A DNA stretch of 64,000 nt from a virus. Numbering within the stretch: the stretch's first letter is position 1; each line of letters starts with the position of its first letter. Shown here one piece after another: positions 9,938 through 19,276 of this stretch. Location: positions 26,881 through 90,880 of IMG/VR virus record IMGVR_UViG_3300044816_000082; one strand, given 5' to 3'. The notes under the pieces were generated by a model that saw only the letters and a program-made list of their open reading frames with translations, was not told the origin of the DNA and searched no databases. The translations under genes and the position numbers were made by a program.

Positions 9938-10650
9938 CCACCATGACCCCAACACCACCCCGCAAGACCGGCCGGACCCTTCGCCTCACCCCTGACCTCC
10001 AAGAACGACTCTGCGCCCACCTCAGCGCCGGTCACTACCTAGACGCGTCCTGCCACCTAGAAGGCGTCGGCGCCAGCACCGTGTTCAGATGGCTCGCCCT
10101 CGGCCAAGACGAAGCCTTCCGCATCACCAACGGCATGACCGCCGCCGACCGCCGCGAACACAACGAACCGAGCGCCGCCAGCCAACGCCCCTACTTAGAG
10201 TTTCGAGAGGCCGTGCTCCGCGCACGTGCTGTTGCTGAGGACGTCGCCGTCAGTGTGGTCCGCAAGGTGATGGTCGGTGGGTTCGTCGTGGAGAAGCGCA
10301 CGATCACCGAGGGTGACCGGACCGAGTCGATCGAGCGGGTCGCGCAACCCGATGGGAAGCTCGCCCTTGAGTACCTGTCGAGGGTCGCCCCGCAACGCTG
10401 GGGACGGCAGCAACGGGTCGCGTTCACCACCGCGGAGGAACACGGCGCGACCGGCCACGACCAGCAAGACATTGCCTCTGGACGTGAGCTCCGCGCGCAC
10501 CTCGACGCGTTCTATCTCGCGCGGGGTGAGGAGCCACCGCCGGCGTTGCCCCCTGGCCCGAACGAGAGCCGTCCGTGGGAGGACGCGCCGGAATGGGACG
10601 GGTACGACGGGACCGACGATGAACCGCTCGAGGGGACCGTGGAACCATGA
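9934..10650 (+). CDS. terminase small subunit-like protein
   Basis: GRTLRLTPD...LSAGHYLDASC...GVGASTVFRW...EFREAV.RARA.AE...LALEYLSR..PQRWGR. Confidence 0.65.
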   Translation: MTTMTPTPPRKTGRTLRLTPDLQERLCAHLSAGHYLDASCHLEGVGASTVFRWLALGQDEAFRITNGMTAADRREHNEPSAASQRPYLEFREAVLRARAVAEDVAVSVVRKVMVGGFVVEKRTITEGDRTESIERVAQPDGKLALEYLSRVAPQRWGRQQRVAFTTAEEHGATGHDQQDIASGRELRAHLDAFYLARGEEPPPALPPGPNESRPWEDAPEWDGYDGTDDEPLEGTVEP

Positions 10651-10886
10651 CCGAGCTCCTGACCGACGCTGAGCACGCGCTCCTGGGCATGCTCGCGTCC
10701 GCGATGGAGGTGTACGCCCGGGATGTCGTCGTCGGCGGCCGGACCTATGAGCGGGACGTCGCGGAGTTCGCGGTGGCTCTCCACGTGCTGCAGAACATGG
10801 TCCTAGCGCAGGCCGCAGCCCGCGCCTACCCACGCAGGTACCGCCTCGCGGGGTTGAGCGTCGTCGACCGCACCGACGGGGTGTGA
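10647..10886 (+). CDS. hypothetical protein
   Basis: Coupled; IH/LQ..VLAQAAARAYP-type small phage protein. Confidence 0.65.
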   Translation: MTELLTDAEHALLGMLASAMEVYARDVVVGGRTYERDVAEFAVALHVLQNMVLAQAAARAYPRRYRLAGLSVVDRTDGV

Positions 10887-10887
10887 G

Positions 10888-11130
10888 GTGCCGACCCCCG
10901 AGCAGCAGGCTGCGTTGGACGCGCTCGTCGTCGCGTGTGGAGGTCCCGCGATCCGACCCAACACCACCCGGCGGGGTGGAAGACCCCCGCAGCACTGCTT
11001 CGCGTGCGGCGGGTATGAGGGGAAACTCAAGCGCCTCCGGGCGGGACGGTCCACGCAGGCGTGGTTCCACCCGGCGTGCCACAAACGCTGGCAGGCGGGT
11101 GCAGCGCCCGTCCCACCTGTGGTGTCGTGA
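10888..11130 (+). CDS. hypothetical protein
   Basis: CFAC...HPAC. Confidence 0.5.
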   Translation: MPTPEQQAALDALVVACGGPAIRPNTTRRGGRPPQHCFACGGYEGKLKRLRAGRSTQAWFHPACHKRWQAGAAPVPPVVS

Positions 11131-11732
11131 ACCCGCGGACGCACGCGGAGACGTTCAGCCTCGGCTCCGAGCTGACGCGCCTCACGAGCCTCGGTCTGCG
11201 CGATGACGTGCTCCTGTTCGCCCTCGGGGTGTACCTGGGGCAGCAGGAATGGACCCCGGGCACGACCCTGACGGTCGCGGGTTGCGCCCGGACCGTCCAC
11301 GCCCCCCGCGTCACGTCGGTGACGATCAACGGGATCCCCGACGTTCACGACGGCGCCCTCGACTGGGCACGGAATGTCCTACGAAACGACCTGCCCCGGC
11401 ACGTCCCCGAGCACGTCGCGCACCCCCGGGCGCCCCTCAAGTGTGCACGGTGTGGTGCCCCCGCGAACGGGTGGAACAGCGCCCACGCCCCCGTCATGGT
11501 CAACAACGAGGTGGTGTGGCGGCACTACTGCAAGCGCCACAAGGCAACGGCCCGGACCAACCCGACTGAGGGATGGAAGTTCGTCCGGACTCTCCCCCAC
11601 AACAGCGGAGGGCTGCTCCGCACCGCCCTCCCCGACATCGACGTCGACCAGCTCTACGCATGGGCTGTCCCGGGGTGGGCCGACTCGGACGGTCGTACCC
11701 GACCTGCTCTCCTGCGGCTCGTCACATGGTGA
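11127..11732 (+). CDS. hypothetical protein
   Basis: GTGA-coupled, CARC...CKRH. Confidence 0.6.
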   Translation: MNPRTHAETFSLGSELTRLTSLGLRDDVLLFALGVYLGQQEWTPGTTLTVAGCARTVHAPRVTSVTINGIPDVHDGALDWARNVLRNDLPRHVPEHVAHPRAPLKCARCGAPANGWNSAHAPVMVNNEVVWRHYCKRHKATARTNPTEGWKFVRTLPHNSGGLLRTALPDIDVDQLYAWAVPGWADSDGRTRPALLRLVTW

Positions 11733-11895
11733 AACGGGACGGTCCGGGTCGAGCTCCACGCTCACGCCGAGCTCCGGGTCGGGGACCCGCGAGCCGTGCA
11801 TCGGGAGCCCGGTACGACGATGCTCCCGCCGCCCTGGTCCTCGGTCTCGTCCTGAACTTCGTTCCCCTCGGGTCAGGGCCGGGTCGTCACTGGTG

Positions 11896-12237
11896 GTGAT
11901 AGCCGTTGCCCGGCGCGTCGTCAACAGCGACGGGACATCGCTCGGGTATCACCTGCTGCTGTGGTGCCCGGGTTGCGACCAGCTCCACGTCATCGACTAC
12001 ACCGGCCCCGACGGGGTCGTCCCGAAGGTCTGCTGGGAGTGGGACGGGAACCTCACCGCCCCCACCATCAGCCCCTCACTGCTATACACGTGGACGTCCG
12101 GTCCCGAACGGGTCGAGCACGTCTGTCATTCCCACATCGTCGCCGGGTCGTGGCAGTTCCTCGCGGACTGCACGCACACCCTTCGGGGTCAGACCGTGCC
12201 GCTCCCCGCCCTGCCCACATGGGTCACCCGCGAGTAG
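11896..12237 (+). CDS. DUF6527-like protein
   Basis: WCPGC...WDGN...PTISPSL...CHSHI..G.WQFL.DCTH.L.GQTVPLP. Confidence 0.75.
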   Translation: MIAVARRVVNSDGTSLGYHLLLWCPGCDQLHVIDYTGPDGVVPKVCWEWDGNLTAPTISPSLLYTWTSGPERVEHVCHSHIVAGSWQFLADCTHTLRGQTVPLPALPTWVTRE

Positions 12238-12414
12238 TATCACCACCCGTCGAGGGCACCTTGGTGGCGGTCCACGGCCGGGGCACCTGCCCCGTGCACG
12301 GCGAGGCCCCCGGGCAGCGCGGAGGCGCGGCGCTCGGGGATCCTCGCGACACGCGGACCCGCGCGGTGGTGGGAAGACAGCCAGCACCGGCGGGTCCGTT
12401 CTACGCTGCGACCC

Positions 12415-13104
12415 ATGACGACACCTGAGGTCCTCCCCGAAGCTGTGATACCCGGCCGTCGCCTCGGCCGGCACATCGAACACGATGAACGGTCCCGCGC
12501 CTACGCGGTCACGACTCGGCGGAAGAAACCCATCAGCCGCCGGTGGGCACGACGCAGCCCCGTGCTGGACCAGGGTCAGGTCGGAAGCTGCGTCGGGAAC
12601 ACGTTCGCGGGGTGGCTCGCGACCGACACCGCCCTTCGGCAGGGCACCACGACCGTCGATGAGTCCCTCGCCGTCGAGGTCTACGGACGCGCGACAGCCC
12701 TGGACAGGATCCCCGGGACATACCCGCCCGACGACACCGGGTCGACGGGGCTCGCGGGCGCGAAGGCGATGGTCGCCCTCGGCCTCGCGAAGGGCCCCTA
12801 CCACCACGCGTTCAGCGTGGCCGACGCCCTGCTGGCTCTGTCCTACGTCGGCCCGTTGTGCGTCGGGATCGAGTGGCGTGAGGGACTCGACACCCCCGAC
12901 CCGTCCGGGATGTGCACGTTCAGCGGCGCCGTCCGGGGTGGCCACGAGCAGTTGTGGGACGAGCTCGACGTGGAACACGGCGTCGTGTGGTTCACGAACT
13001 CCTGGTCAGACACTTGGGGCGTCGCCGGTCGGGCATGCCTGTCGATCGCGGACTTCGGCCGCGCGCTCGCTGCGCAGGGCGACGTGGTGGTCCTGACCGG
13101 ATGA
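12415..13104 (+). CDS. papain-like (C1) cysteine peptidase
   Basis: DQGQVGSCVG (Gln/Cys), GGHE (His), TNSW..WG (Asn); TACGCT 7 nt upstream suggests a leaderless transcript. Confidence 0.85.
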   Translation: MTTPEVLPEAVIPGRRLGRHIEHDERSRAYAVTTRRKKPISRRWARRSPVLDQGQVGSCVGNTFAGWLATDTALRQGTTTVDESLAVEVYGRATALDRIPGTYPPDDTGSTGLAGAKAMVALGLAKGPYHHAFSVADALLALSYVGPLCVGIEWREGLDTPDPSGMCTFSGAVRGGHEQLWDELDVEHGVVWFTNSWSDTWGVAGRACLSIADFGRALAAQGDVVVLTG

Positions 13105-13283
13105 GTACCTCCGATGACGACGACCTGACGGGGATCCTCAACGTCGAGGGGATCCGTGCGTACGCGGCAGGCAACGACGTCGCATCAGGGTCGACCGTCA
13201 TCGACGCGGTCAAGGCCGCGTTGGAGGACAGGTTGCGGCACCCCCGGACGATCCCGACCTCCCTCACGTCACCTGGCACCTGA
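13101..13283 (+). CDS. hypothetical protein
   Basis: ATGA-coupled, 60 aa. Confidence 0.5.
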   Translation: MSTSDDDDLTGILNVEGIRAYAAGNDVASGSTVIDAVKAALEDRLRHPRTIPTSLTSPGT

Positions 13284-13284
13284 C

Positions 13285-13713
13285 GTGGAACTCCACCGGG
13301 GGATCTGCCGAACAGTGCTCCTCATCGGCCCGTACGCGGTCAAGGTCCCCACGACCCGCCCCTACGGGCACCGCGGTGGTCTCAGCGAACGCCTCACAGC
13401 CCTCGCCCGCGGTGTCCTGGCGAACCAAAGCGAATACGCATGGCGGGGGCAGGACGGGCTCTGCCCGATCGTGTTGAGCCTCGCGAGCATCGTCCAGGTC
13501 TACGTCCGTTGCCGGCCCGTCACCGACGAGGAAGTCCCCGACCCCGAGCTCGACCCGGCGTGGTGGCGTGCGATCGCCCCGACGGTCCCGTTCGGGGACA
13601 AGAAGGCCGCGAACCTTGGGTGGCTCGGGGACCACCTCGTGTGGGTCGACTTCGATTCGACCTGGAATGGGTGCCCGCACACCCCTTGGAATGCCTTCCT
13701 CGACGATGACTGA
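13285..13713 (+). CDS. minimal protein-kinase-like protein
   Basis: GICRTV..AVKVP..NQSE..DKKAANLG..VWVDF. Confidence 0.5.
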   Translation: MELHRGICRTVLLIGPYAVKVPTTRPYGHRGGLSERLTALARGVLANQSEYAWRGQDGLCPIVLSLASIVQVYVRCRPVTDEEVPDPELDPAWWRAIAPTVPFGDKKAANLGWLGDHLVWVDFDSTWNGCPHTPWNAFLDDD

Positions 13714-13963
13714 CGGGTTCGTGCGGCTGACATACGACGCGACCCGGACCGTCCACCCGGGGGACGTCCTCGCGACCCGCCACGGCACCCGGTACCTGTG
13801 TGTCCGTAGCCGGGACGTCCAACGCCGCGACCCGCGCGCGGGCCGGCGGCAGGCACTGACCTGCGAGCGGCTCCCACCCGGGCACGATCTGGACACCGAC
13901 ACGGTGGTGCACCTCGTGATCTGGCACTCCCGGTCCCGGCGGGGGCGTACCCTGCCCGTCTAG
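13706..13963 (+). CDS. hypothetical protein
   Basis: Overlapping start, 85 aa. Confidence 0.55.
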   Translation: MTDGFVRLTYDATRTVHPGDVLATRHGTRYLCVRSRDVQRRDPRAGRRQALTCERLPPGHDLDTDTVVHLVIWHSRSRRGRTLPV

Positions 13964-14009
13964 TCGCCGGGTAGCCACCGGGCGATGAGCAGCACGATGA
14001 GGAGGACAA

Positions 14010-14468
14010 GTGAACGAGTTGCTCGCGCACCTACTCGGGGACTACGTGATCCAGACCGATCACATGGCCGCGCGTAAGACCGTCGCCCACGGCCCGGCCG
14101 TCGCCCACGCCGTCACGTACACCCTGCCGTTCCTGGCACTGACCCGTCGCCCGCAGGCACTCGCTGTCATCGCCGGCACGCACTTCGTCATCGATCGGTG
14201 GCGCCTCGCTAAGTACGTCGTGTGGGCCAAGAACCAAGCCGCCCCGGCGGCGTGGCGACACAGCTACGACGAGCACGTCGTGGGCACCGGCTACCACCGC
14301 GAGCGAGGTGACTGGGATGGTCCCACCGGGGATGACTGGGATGATGCGAAGTGCTCGGTGCAGGCCAAGCCCGCGTTCCTGGCCGTCTGGCTGCTGATCA
14401 TCGCTGACAACACCCTGCACGGCTGCCTGAACGCGTGGGCGCTGCGCCGCTGGCCCTCCCGTGCCTGA
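14010..14468 (+). CDS. DUF3307 membrane protein
   Basis: AHLLGDYVIQT..MA..K, THFVIDRW, IIADNTLH; SD GAGGAGG. Confidence 0.85.
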   Translation: MNELLAHLLGDYVIQTDHMAARKTVAHGPAVAHAVTYTLPFLALTRRPQALAVIAGTHFVIDRWRLAKYVVWAKNQAAPAAWRHSYDEHVVGTGYHRERGDWDGPTGDDWDDAKCSVQAKPAFLAVWLLIIADNTLHGCLNAWALRRWPSRA

Positions 14469-14637
14469 GGACCGACCCGACCCGAGCAGGTTGTGGCTGT
14501 GGGCTGCCCTGTCGTTCCCCAACTCACCTGATGAGCGCCGCACCCGCTACCTCGAACTGATGCGCGAGCACGGGCACCTCGAGCCCGCCGAACCGGGGGA
14601 GGACAGCGACCTGCCGTGCGGGTGGCCCGGTGCCTGA
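14461..14637 (+). CDS. 58-aa hypothetical protein (not in ORF track)
   Basis: GTG..TGA open frame (RYLELMREHGHL...LPCGWPG) filling the gap with 8-nt overlaps at both ends. Confidence 0.6.
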   Translation: MPEDRPDPSRLWLWAALSFPNSPDERRTRYLELMREHGHLEPAEPGEDSDLPCGWPGA

Positions 14638-14929
14638 GCGGATCCAGCGCAAGCGCACGAAGGGCTACCGCCTGCCACCCACTGCGGTGTACGTCGGCCG
14701 GCCGAGCAGGTGGGGCAACCCCTACCGGGTCGGTGACGACGGCACCGCCGAGCGGTGTGTGGAGCTGTACCGCGTCAGCGCCCTCGGGTGGTGGACAACG
14801 GGTTGGCGTGAGCACGTCCGCGCTGAACTCGCCGGGCGCGACCTGGCGTGCTGGTGTCCGCTGACGGACGCCAGCGGCAACCGATTCCCCTGTCACGCCG
14901 ACGTCCTACTCGAACTCGCCAACGAGTAA
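14630..14929 (+). CDS. DUF4326 protein
   Basis: VYVGRPSRWGNPY...LAGRDLACWC...CHADVL. Confidence 0.9.
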   Translation: MPERIQRKRTKGYRLPPTAVYVGRPSRWGNPYRVGDDGTAERCVELYRVSALGWWTTGWREHVRAELAGRDLACWCPLTDASGNRFPCHADVLLELANE

Positions 14930-14944
14930 CGTTCACCGACCGCA

Positions 14945-15003
14945 TAGAACCCTGCTAACCGGGTATACACTTAGTGCAGGGGCCGGACGTGCGATCCGGT
15001 CCC
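14945..15003 (+). promoter_or_regulatory. early-type promoter motif plus leader hairpin
   Basis: GCTAACCGGGTATACACT followed by hairpin 14979-15003. Confidence 0.75.
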
Positions 15004-15019
15004 GCTGGAAGGACCCAAG

Positions 15020-15337
15020 ATGACCACCATGGCCAAGCCCACCGTCGAGCCCTACCAACTCAAGAACGCGGCCGGCTCCTTGCGGGGTTACGCCGCGATG
15101 CAGGCCGATGACTGGCAGCCGGAGTACGAGGCATGGCGACACGGCGGGTGGTACGTCATCACCGTGCGGTACCCCTCCGGGGCCGTGGGCTGCGTGAGCC
15201 GCAACTACCCGGACGGGAAGTGGCGGGTGGTGTGCGGTGACCACGACATCACCTACCCGAACCGGACCGCCGCCGCCAAGGCCGAGCGGGACATCGCCAC
15301 CCTTGAGTGGCACACCCTGATCGCCACTGCCTCGTGA
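15020..15337 (+). CDS. hypothetical early protein
   Basis: SD GGAAGGA downstream of promoter motif. Confidence 0.75.
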   Translation: MTTMAKPTVEPYQLKNAAGSLRGYAAMQADDWQPEYEAWRHGGWYVITVRYPSGAVGCVSRNYPDGKWRVVCGDHDITYPNRTAAAKAERDIATLEWHTLIATAS

Positions 15338-15591
15338 GCGCCGCGGTCAGGATCGTGAAGCTCTACCTACGGGCCGACGGGACCGTCCGGTCCGCGACGG
15401 TGTTCCTGCCCGGCTACGTCGAGGTCACCGTCGATGTCACCACGGGCGTTGTCAGCTACGCCTCGGACTGGACCGTGGACGGCGACACCCTGGCCTGGGG
15501 CCGTAACTACGGCCCCAGCACGTACGGCCACACTGACGTTGTGCTCGTCCCGTCGCTCCTCAAGGCTGTGCAGGCCGCGGTGGAAGCGTAG
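15334..15591 (+). CDS. hypothetical protein
   Basis: GTGA-coupled. Confidence 0.65.
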   Translation: MSAAVRIVKLYLRADGTVRSATVFLPGYVEVTVDVTTGVVSYASDWTVDGDTLAWGRNYGPSTYGHTDVVLVPSLLKAVQAAVEA

Positions 15592-15640
15592 GAACAGCGC
15601 TTACCGGGTATACAATCAGTAGGCAGGGTTGCTCCCCGCC
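15592..15640 (+). promoter_or_regulatory. early-type promoter motif
   Basis: GCTTACCGGGTATACAAT (-10 TACAAT). Confidence 0.75.
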
Positions 15641-15657
15641 ACGACGGAAGGACCATC

Positions 15658-15960
15658 ATGTACGTGACCGCGAAGCTCCACACGATGCGCAAACCGCAGC
15701 GCTTCCACGTCAGCCCCATGAGCGACGGCCGGATCCTCGTCCAGAGCGACAAGAGCATCGGGGTGTTTGACTTCCGCACCTGCGAGGGTGTCCTGAACGT
15801 GAAGGGCCACTACTTCCCGCACCTCAACCGTGCGCTCGGCGCGATGGCGTTCACGTTCCCGCTCGAGTTCGTCACCGAGTGCCTCGAGGCATCGCCGGCG
15901 CTCGACAGCGTCACCCACATGGGCGGCGTGACGTTCGTCAACACGATCGAGGTGATCTGA
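15658..15960 (+). CDS. hypothetical early protein
   Basis: GGAAGGACCATCATG start context. Confidence 0.75.
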   Translation: MYVTAKLHTMRKPQRFHVSPMSDGRILVQSDKSIGVFDFRTCEGVLNVKGHYFPHLNRALGAMAFTFPLEFVTECLEASPALDSVTHMGGVTFVNTIEVI

Positions 15961-16205
15961 TGGACTACGGGATCCTGTTCAGCCACGCGTCCGAGGACAC
16001 CATCCCCGGTCTCGTGTCGGGATCGTTCCCGAACATGGTCGCAGCCAGCAACGCGGCCATAAAGGTCACCCGCGCGGCGGGGGTCCGTTTCACCCTGGTG
16101 CAACGCTCGTCCCCCGACGCCCCGTGGCTGTCCCGGAAGGGACTGACCCCACGGGAGCGTCTCCACGAGGGGATCAACGCGGACTGGCACGGCTGGTCCC
16201 GCTGA
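15960..16205 (+). CDS. hypothetical protein
   Basis: TGATG coupling. Confidence 0.6.
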   Translation: MDYGILFSHASEDTIPGLVSGSFPNMVAASNAAIKVTRAAGVRFTLVQRSSPDAPWLSRKGLTPRERLHEGINADWHGWSR

Positions 16206-16258
16206 CCCCACCCGGGGGCGGGTAGCTACCCGCCCCCCCAACCCAAGGAAGGACCATC

Positions 16259-16666
16259 ATGATCGCGATTCTCGACCTCGTCGCCCGCAACGGCATCCCG
16301 TTCCGGGTCGTGTTCTACCACCCCGGCGAGTCAGGGCCCTACCCGGCCGCGGCTGACCCCGAGCACCCGATCGTCGAGTTCTACGTCCGGCGTTTCCCCC
16401 ACACCGACCACGGTCAGTTCGTGTCCCGGTACTACGCCGACACGATCCTTCGTCGGGGGTCGTTCCCGATGGGTCCCGGTCCGCTCAACCTCGACGGGGG
16501 TATCCCTGCGTGGAACATCGACGCGGACAGCATGGTGCTCGTCAGGGACTTCCTGACCCACCACCACCCCGCTGTGGTCGACTGCTGCCTCCGAGCCGGT
16601 CACGTCCCGCCCTGCACCGAAGGGGTCGCGCAGGTACCCCCCGCGAACCTGTGCAGAATCACCTGA
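16259..16666 (+). CDS. hypothetical early protein
   Basis: GGAAGGACCATCATG; VEFY..RF.H...GQFVSRYY.DT...LNLDGGIPAW.ID. Confidence 0.75.
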   Translation: MIAILDLVARNGIPFRVVFYHPGESGPYPAAADPEHPIVEFYVRRFPHTDHGQFVSRYYADTILRRGSFPMGPGPLNLDGGIPAWNIDADSMVLVRDFLTHHHPAVVDCCLRAGHVPPCTEGVAQVPPANLCRIT

Positions 16667-16717
16667 CACAGCACGTCAACCCGCTATACAATGAGGGTGA
16701 GAGGGGTAGCGCCCCTC
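16663..16717 (+). promoter_or_regulatory. early-type SigA-like promoter plus hairpin
   Basis: CTGACA-N18-TACAAT; 34/37 identical to 44619-44655. Confidence 0.8.
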
Positions 16718-16736
16718 CCCGATGGAAGGACTGATC

Positions 16737-17237
16737 ATGACCACAAGCACCGTCCACATGGACACGCTGAACGCTGTCCTCAACGCCTACGTCACCGAGA
16801 CCAGCGGCGACGCGTGGCTCGAGGGCGGCGGGGGTGCCGGCCCGTGGATCTACGCACCCACCATGAACGGGTGGACCGTCGTCATCGACGTCACCCTCGA
16901 GCGGTGGGAAGCGTCCCGGCAGCACGACGACTACGACCCGGTGGCGCTCCCCGACGGCCCGGCCATCGACGCGCCCGTCACGGACGTCGTCGCGTGGATG
17001 CGACGTTGCTGCGACGCCGAACCGGACCGGGACTCGCGGCAGTACGTGATCGGTCTTCCCGTCGTCATCACCGTCGCGAGCGACGGGACCGTGACGGCGG
17101 AGGTCGACCTGAGCGAGGCCGACGACATCTACGACGTGTCAGTCCCCGAGGGGCAGGACACGAGCGCGTCAGCCCTCGACCACGACGCGTCCCGGATCGC
17201 GCACGCAGCCAGCACCGGGCAGGTCACGGTCCGATGA
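16737..17237 (+). CDS. hypothetical acidic early protein
   Basis: SD GGAAGGA. Confidence 0.7.
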   Translation: MTTSTVHMDTLNAVLNAYVTETSGDAWLEGGGGAGPWIYAPTMNGWTVVIDVTLERWEASRQHDDYDPVALPDGPAIDAPVTDVVAWMRRCCDAEPDRDSRQYVIGLPVVITVASDGTVTAEVDLSEADDIYDVSVPEGQDTSASALDHDASRIAHAASTGQVTVR

Positions 17238-17602
17238 TCACCCCGGGCCTCGTCAAGGGTCGCGCTGAGAGCCACCCATGTACTCGCTGCGACCACCTTG
17301 GGCGGGTGACCTACCTCGCGTTCGGCACGTTCGTGTCGACCAAGACCTGCCCGGCGTGCGGTGGGCTCGGCATGGTCACCCTTCCCCGCGCCCCCCTCGT
17401 CCTTGCCCCGCACGTCCTCGACACGATCACCGAGCTTGACCTGATCGACGGTGGGTGGACGACACGTTGCACTGCCTGCGGGGACCTGCTTGACGACCCG
17501 GTCGACGCCTCCCGGTACAGCACGCTGTGCGCCGGGTGCCGCGCTGAGGAAGCATTCCGCGACGGCGACCACGATGCCTACGATCGCAGGGGAGACAGGT
17601 AA
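17234..17602 (+). CDS. Zn-finger protein
   Basis: CTRC..LG, CPACGGLG, CTAC, CAGC. Confidence 0.65.
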   Translation: MITPGLVKGRAESHPCTRCDHLGRVTYLAFGTFVSTKTCPACGGLGMVTLPRAPLVLAPHVLDTITELDLIDGGWTTRCTACGDLLDDPVDASRYSTLCAGCRAEEAFRDGDHDAYDRRGDR

Positions 17603-17805
17603 TGGAACCGCTCAACGGCGCCGGCCACTACCGCGAGGCTGAGCGGCTCCTGAACGACGCCGCGAGGATCGCCCACGAGGGGGAGCCTCAGACCTACTGG
17701 TACTCGGAGCAGGTCCAGGGCCGGGTCCAGGCAGCGGCCGTCCACGCGCAACTCGCGACGGCCGCCGCGCTGCTCGGTGAGTTCGAGCAGGGACACGACA
17801 CGTGA
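17602..17805 (+). CDS. hypothetical protein
   Basis: HYREAERLL...AAAVHAQLA; TAATG coupling. Confidence 0.7.
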   Translation: MEPLNGAGHYREAERLLNDAARIAHEGEPQTYWYSEQVQGRVQAAAVHAQLATAAALLGEFEQGHDT

Positions 17806-17972
17806 ACCGGCACGACGCTGAGCACCTCAACCGTTGGCATGATGACGGGACCTACCTTGAGCGGTTGTGGGCCGCGTTGACCCGCGAACCTCTCCCACCG
17901 ATCCCCCGACCCCGAGCTGAGGCCGAAGTGACCGCGACGGACGAGCCCCGCGTGAGCAGGAGCACCCGATGA
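17802..17972 (+). CDS. 56-aa hypothetical protein (not in ORF track)
   Basis: GTGA and ATGA overlaps at both ends. Confidence 0.5.
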   Translation: MNRHDAEHLNRWHDDGTYLERLWAALTREPLPPIPRPRAEAEVTATDEPRVSRSTR

Positions 17973-18343
17973 GTGGCCGACGATCCCGGCAACAACGCAC
18001 CCTCGTCGCGGTCGTTGAGGAGCATTACGACACCGCCGCGTCCCCCGGGTTGTGCGTGAACACCCCCGAGGCGATCGCGGAGATGAAGCAGCTCACCCAC
18101 GATGGGATCATCGCGGAGGCCGGGCACCGGAGGCGCTCCGGGGTCCGCTGGGGGATCTGGTACGGCGCTGAGGCAACGTCCATGTACGAGGAGATGATCA
18201 GCGAAACGGACACCCAACCCGACCCCAGGACCGTCGAGGTGTACCGCGCGTACCTCGCTGAGCACGGTCCGAACGCCGTCCTGGTCGTCGCGATGATCGA
18301 CGTCGTCCCGCCCTCCGGTCGGGTCCTGCTGGGACCGGGATGA
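17969..18343 (+). CDS. hypothetical protein
   Basis: Coupled, 124 aa. Confidence 0.65.
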   Translation: MSGRRSRQQRTLVAVVEEHYDTAASPGLCVNTPEAIAEMKQLTHDGIIAEAGHRRRSGVRWGIWYGAEATSMYEEMISETDTQPDPRTVEVYRAYLAEHGPNAVLVVAMIDVVPPSGRVLLGPG

Positions 18344-18702
18344 GTGCCCTCCCGCACGCGAAACGGCCCTGCGGTGCGTGCCCATGGCGCGTCGACGTCG
18401 ACCCGGGCGAGTTCCCCCCCGACAGGTACGCGTGCCTCGCTCGGACCTCCGCGGATCAACGGACCGGCGCGAGCGCGAGCGTCGAGGCACCGATGTTCGC
18501 GTGCCACCTGTCCCCTGACGGGAAGGAACGAGCATGCGCCGGGTGGCTCGCTGTTGAGGGCGCGGGGCACGTCGGGGTGCGACTCGCGGTCGTGACCGGC
18601 CGGCTCCCGAGCACGACCCTTCGCCCGGGGAAGGGCTGGCCCGAGCTGCACCCTGACTACGCCACCTTGGCAGCGATCAATGGACTAGGAGAGATCCCAT
18701 GA
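18340..18702 (+). CDS. DUF6283-like Cys-rich protein
   Basis: PCGACPWR.D...MFACH...CAGWL...H..VRLA. Confidence 0.75.
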   Translation: MSALPHAKRPCGACPWRVDVDPGEFPPDRYACLARTSADQRTGASASVEAPMFACHLSPDGKERACAGWLAVEGAGHVGVRLAVVTGRLPSTTLRPGKGWPELHPDYATLAAINGLGEIP

Positions 18703-19019
18703 CAGACGGCGACCCCGTCGACGAGCTCGACGTCATCGAGGCTGTGGTGGAGGACCTGGAGGACTTGTATAGCGATGCCGAACGTATCGGTAGGCGTCCC
18801 GTCGGCCTGGTACGGGACGCTGTCCACGATCGCGGGTGTCCTGGCGATGCCCGTGAGGCACGCCTCGAGCGGGACCTCGACAACGCCCGGGAGCGCCTCG
18901 CGACAGCCCTGAACGGCAGGAAGTGGAGCGCCGACGTGATCCCGCCGCCCCTCGAGGAATCACTGCGGCGCGTCGAGGCACTCCTCCTGATCGCACCCGA
19001 CAGCCCGGAGCATAGATGA
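18699..19019 (+). CDS. hypothetical protein
   Basis: Coupled, SD AGGAG. Confidence 0.6.
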   Translation: MTDGDPVDELDVIEAVVEDLEDLYSDAERIGRRPVGLVRDAVHDRGCPGDAREARLERDLDNARERLATALNGRKWSADVIPPPLEESLRRVEALLLIAPDSPEHR

Positions 19020-19276
19020 GCAAAGGCCGGTCCCGTGCGACGGTGACGCCAGCAGCACCGGACTTCCACCGGGTCCGGCACTTCGGGTACAGCCCGGTTG
19101 GGACGGAGGTCTGCCTGTACTGCGCGGTCATGTTCGACCCCGGTGAGATGCGCTACCAACTCGTCGATACCCGGTTCGTGTACCCAATGGGAGCGATCTT
19201 GCCGCTGCACCTGTCGTGCGCCCGTGCGCGTAAGGCCAACCCGCCACCGCCCCGCGAAAGGATCTGGCATCAGTAG
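19016..19276 (+). CDS. hypothetical protein
   Basis: CLYC...HLSC. Confidence 0.55.
   Translation: MSKGRSRATVTPAAPDFHRVRHFGYSPVGTEVCLYCAVMFDPGEMRYQLVDTRFVYPMGAILPLHLSCARARKANPPPPRERIWHQ

Noticed and set aside
12415-13104. C1 peptidase as endolysin and 22875/26601/38646 as holins
   Set aside because: No cell-wall-binding domain or lysis-cassette linkage; the function is unsupported.
14945-16717. Repeated motifs as a CRISPR array
   Set aside because: Copies are degenerate and separated by whole genes; no cas genes are present.
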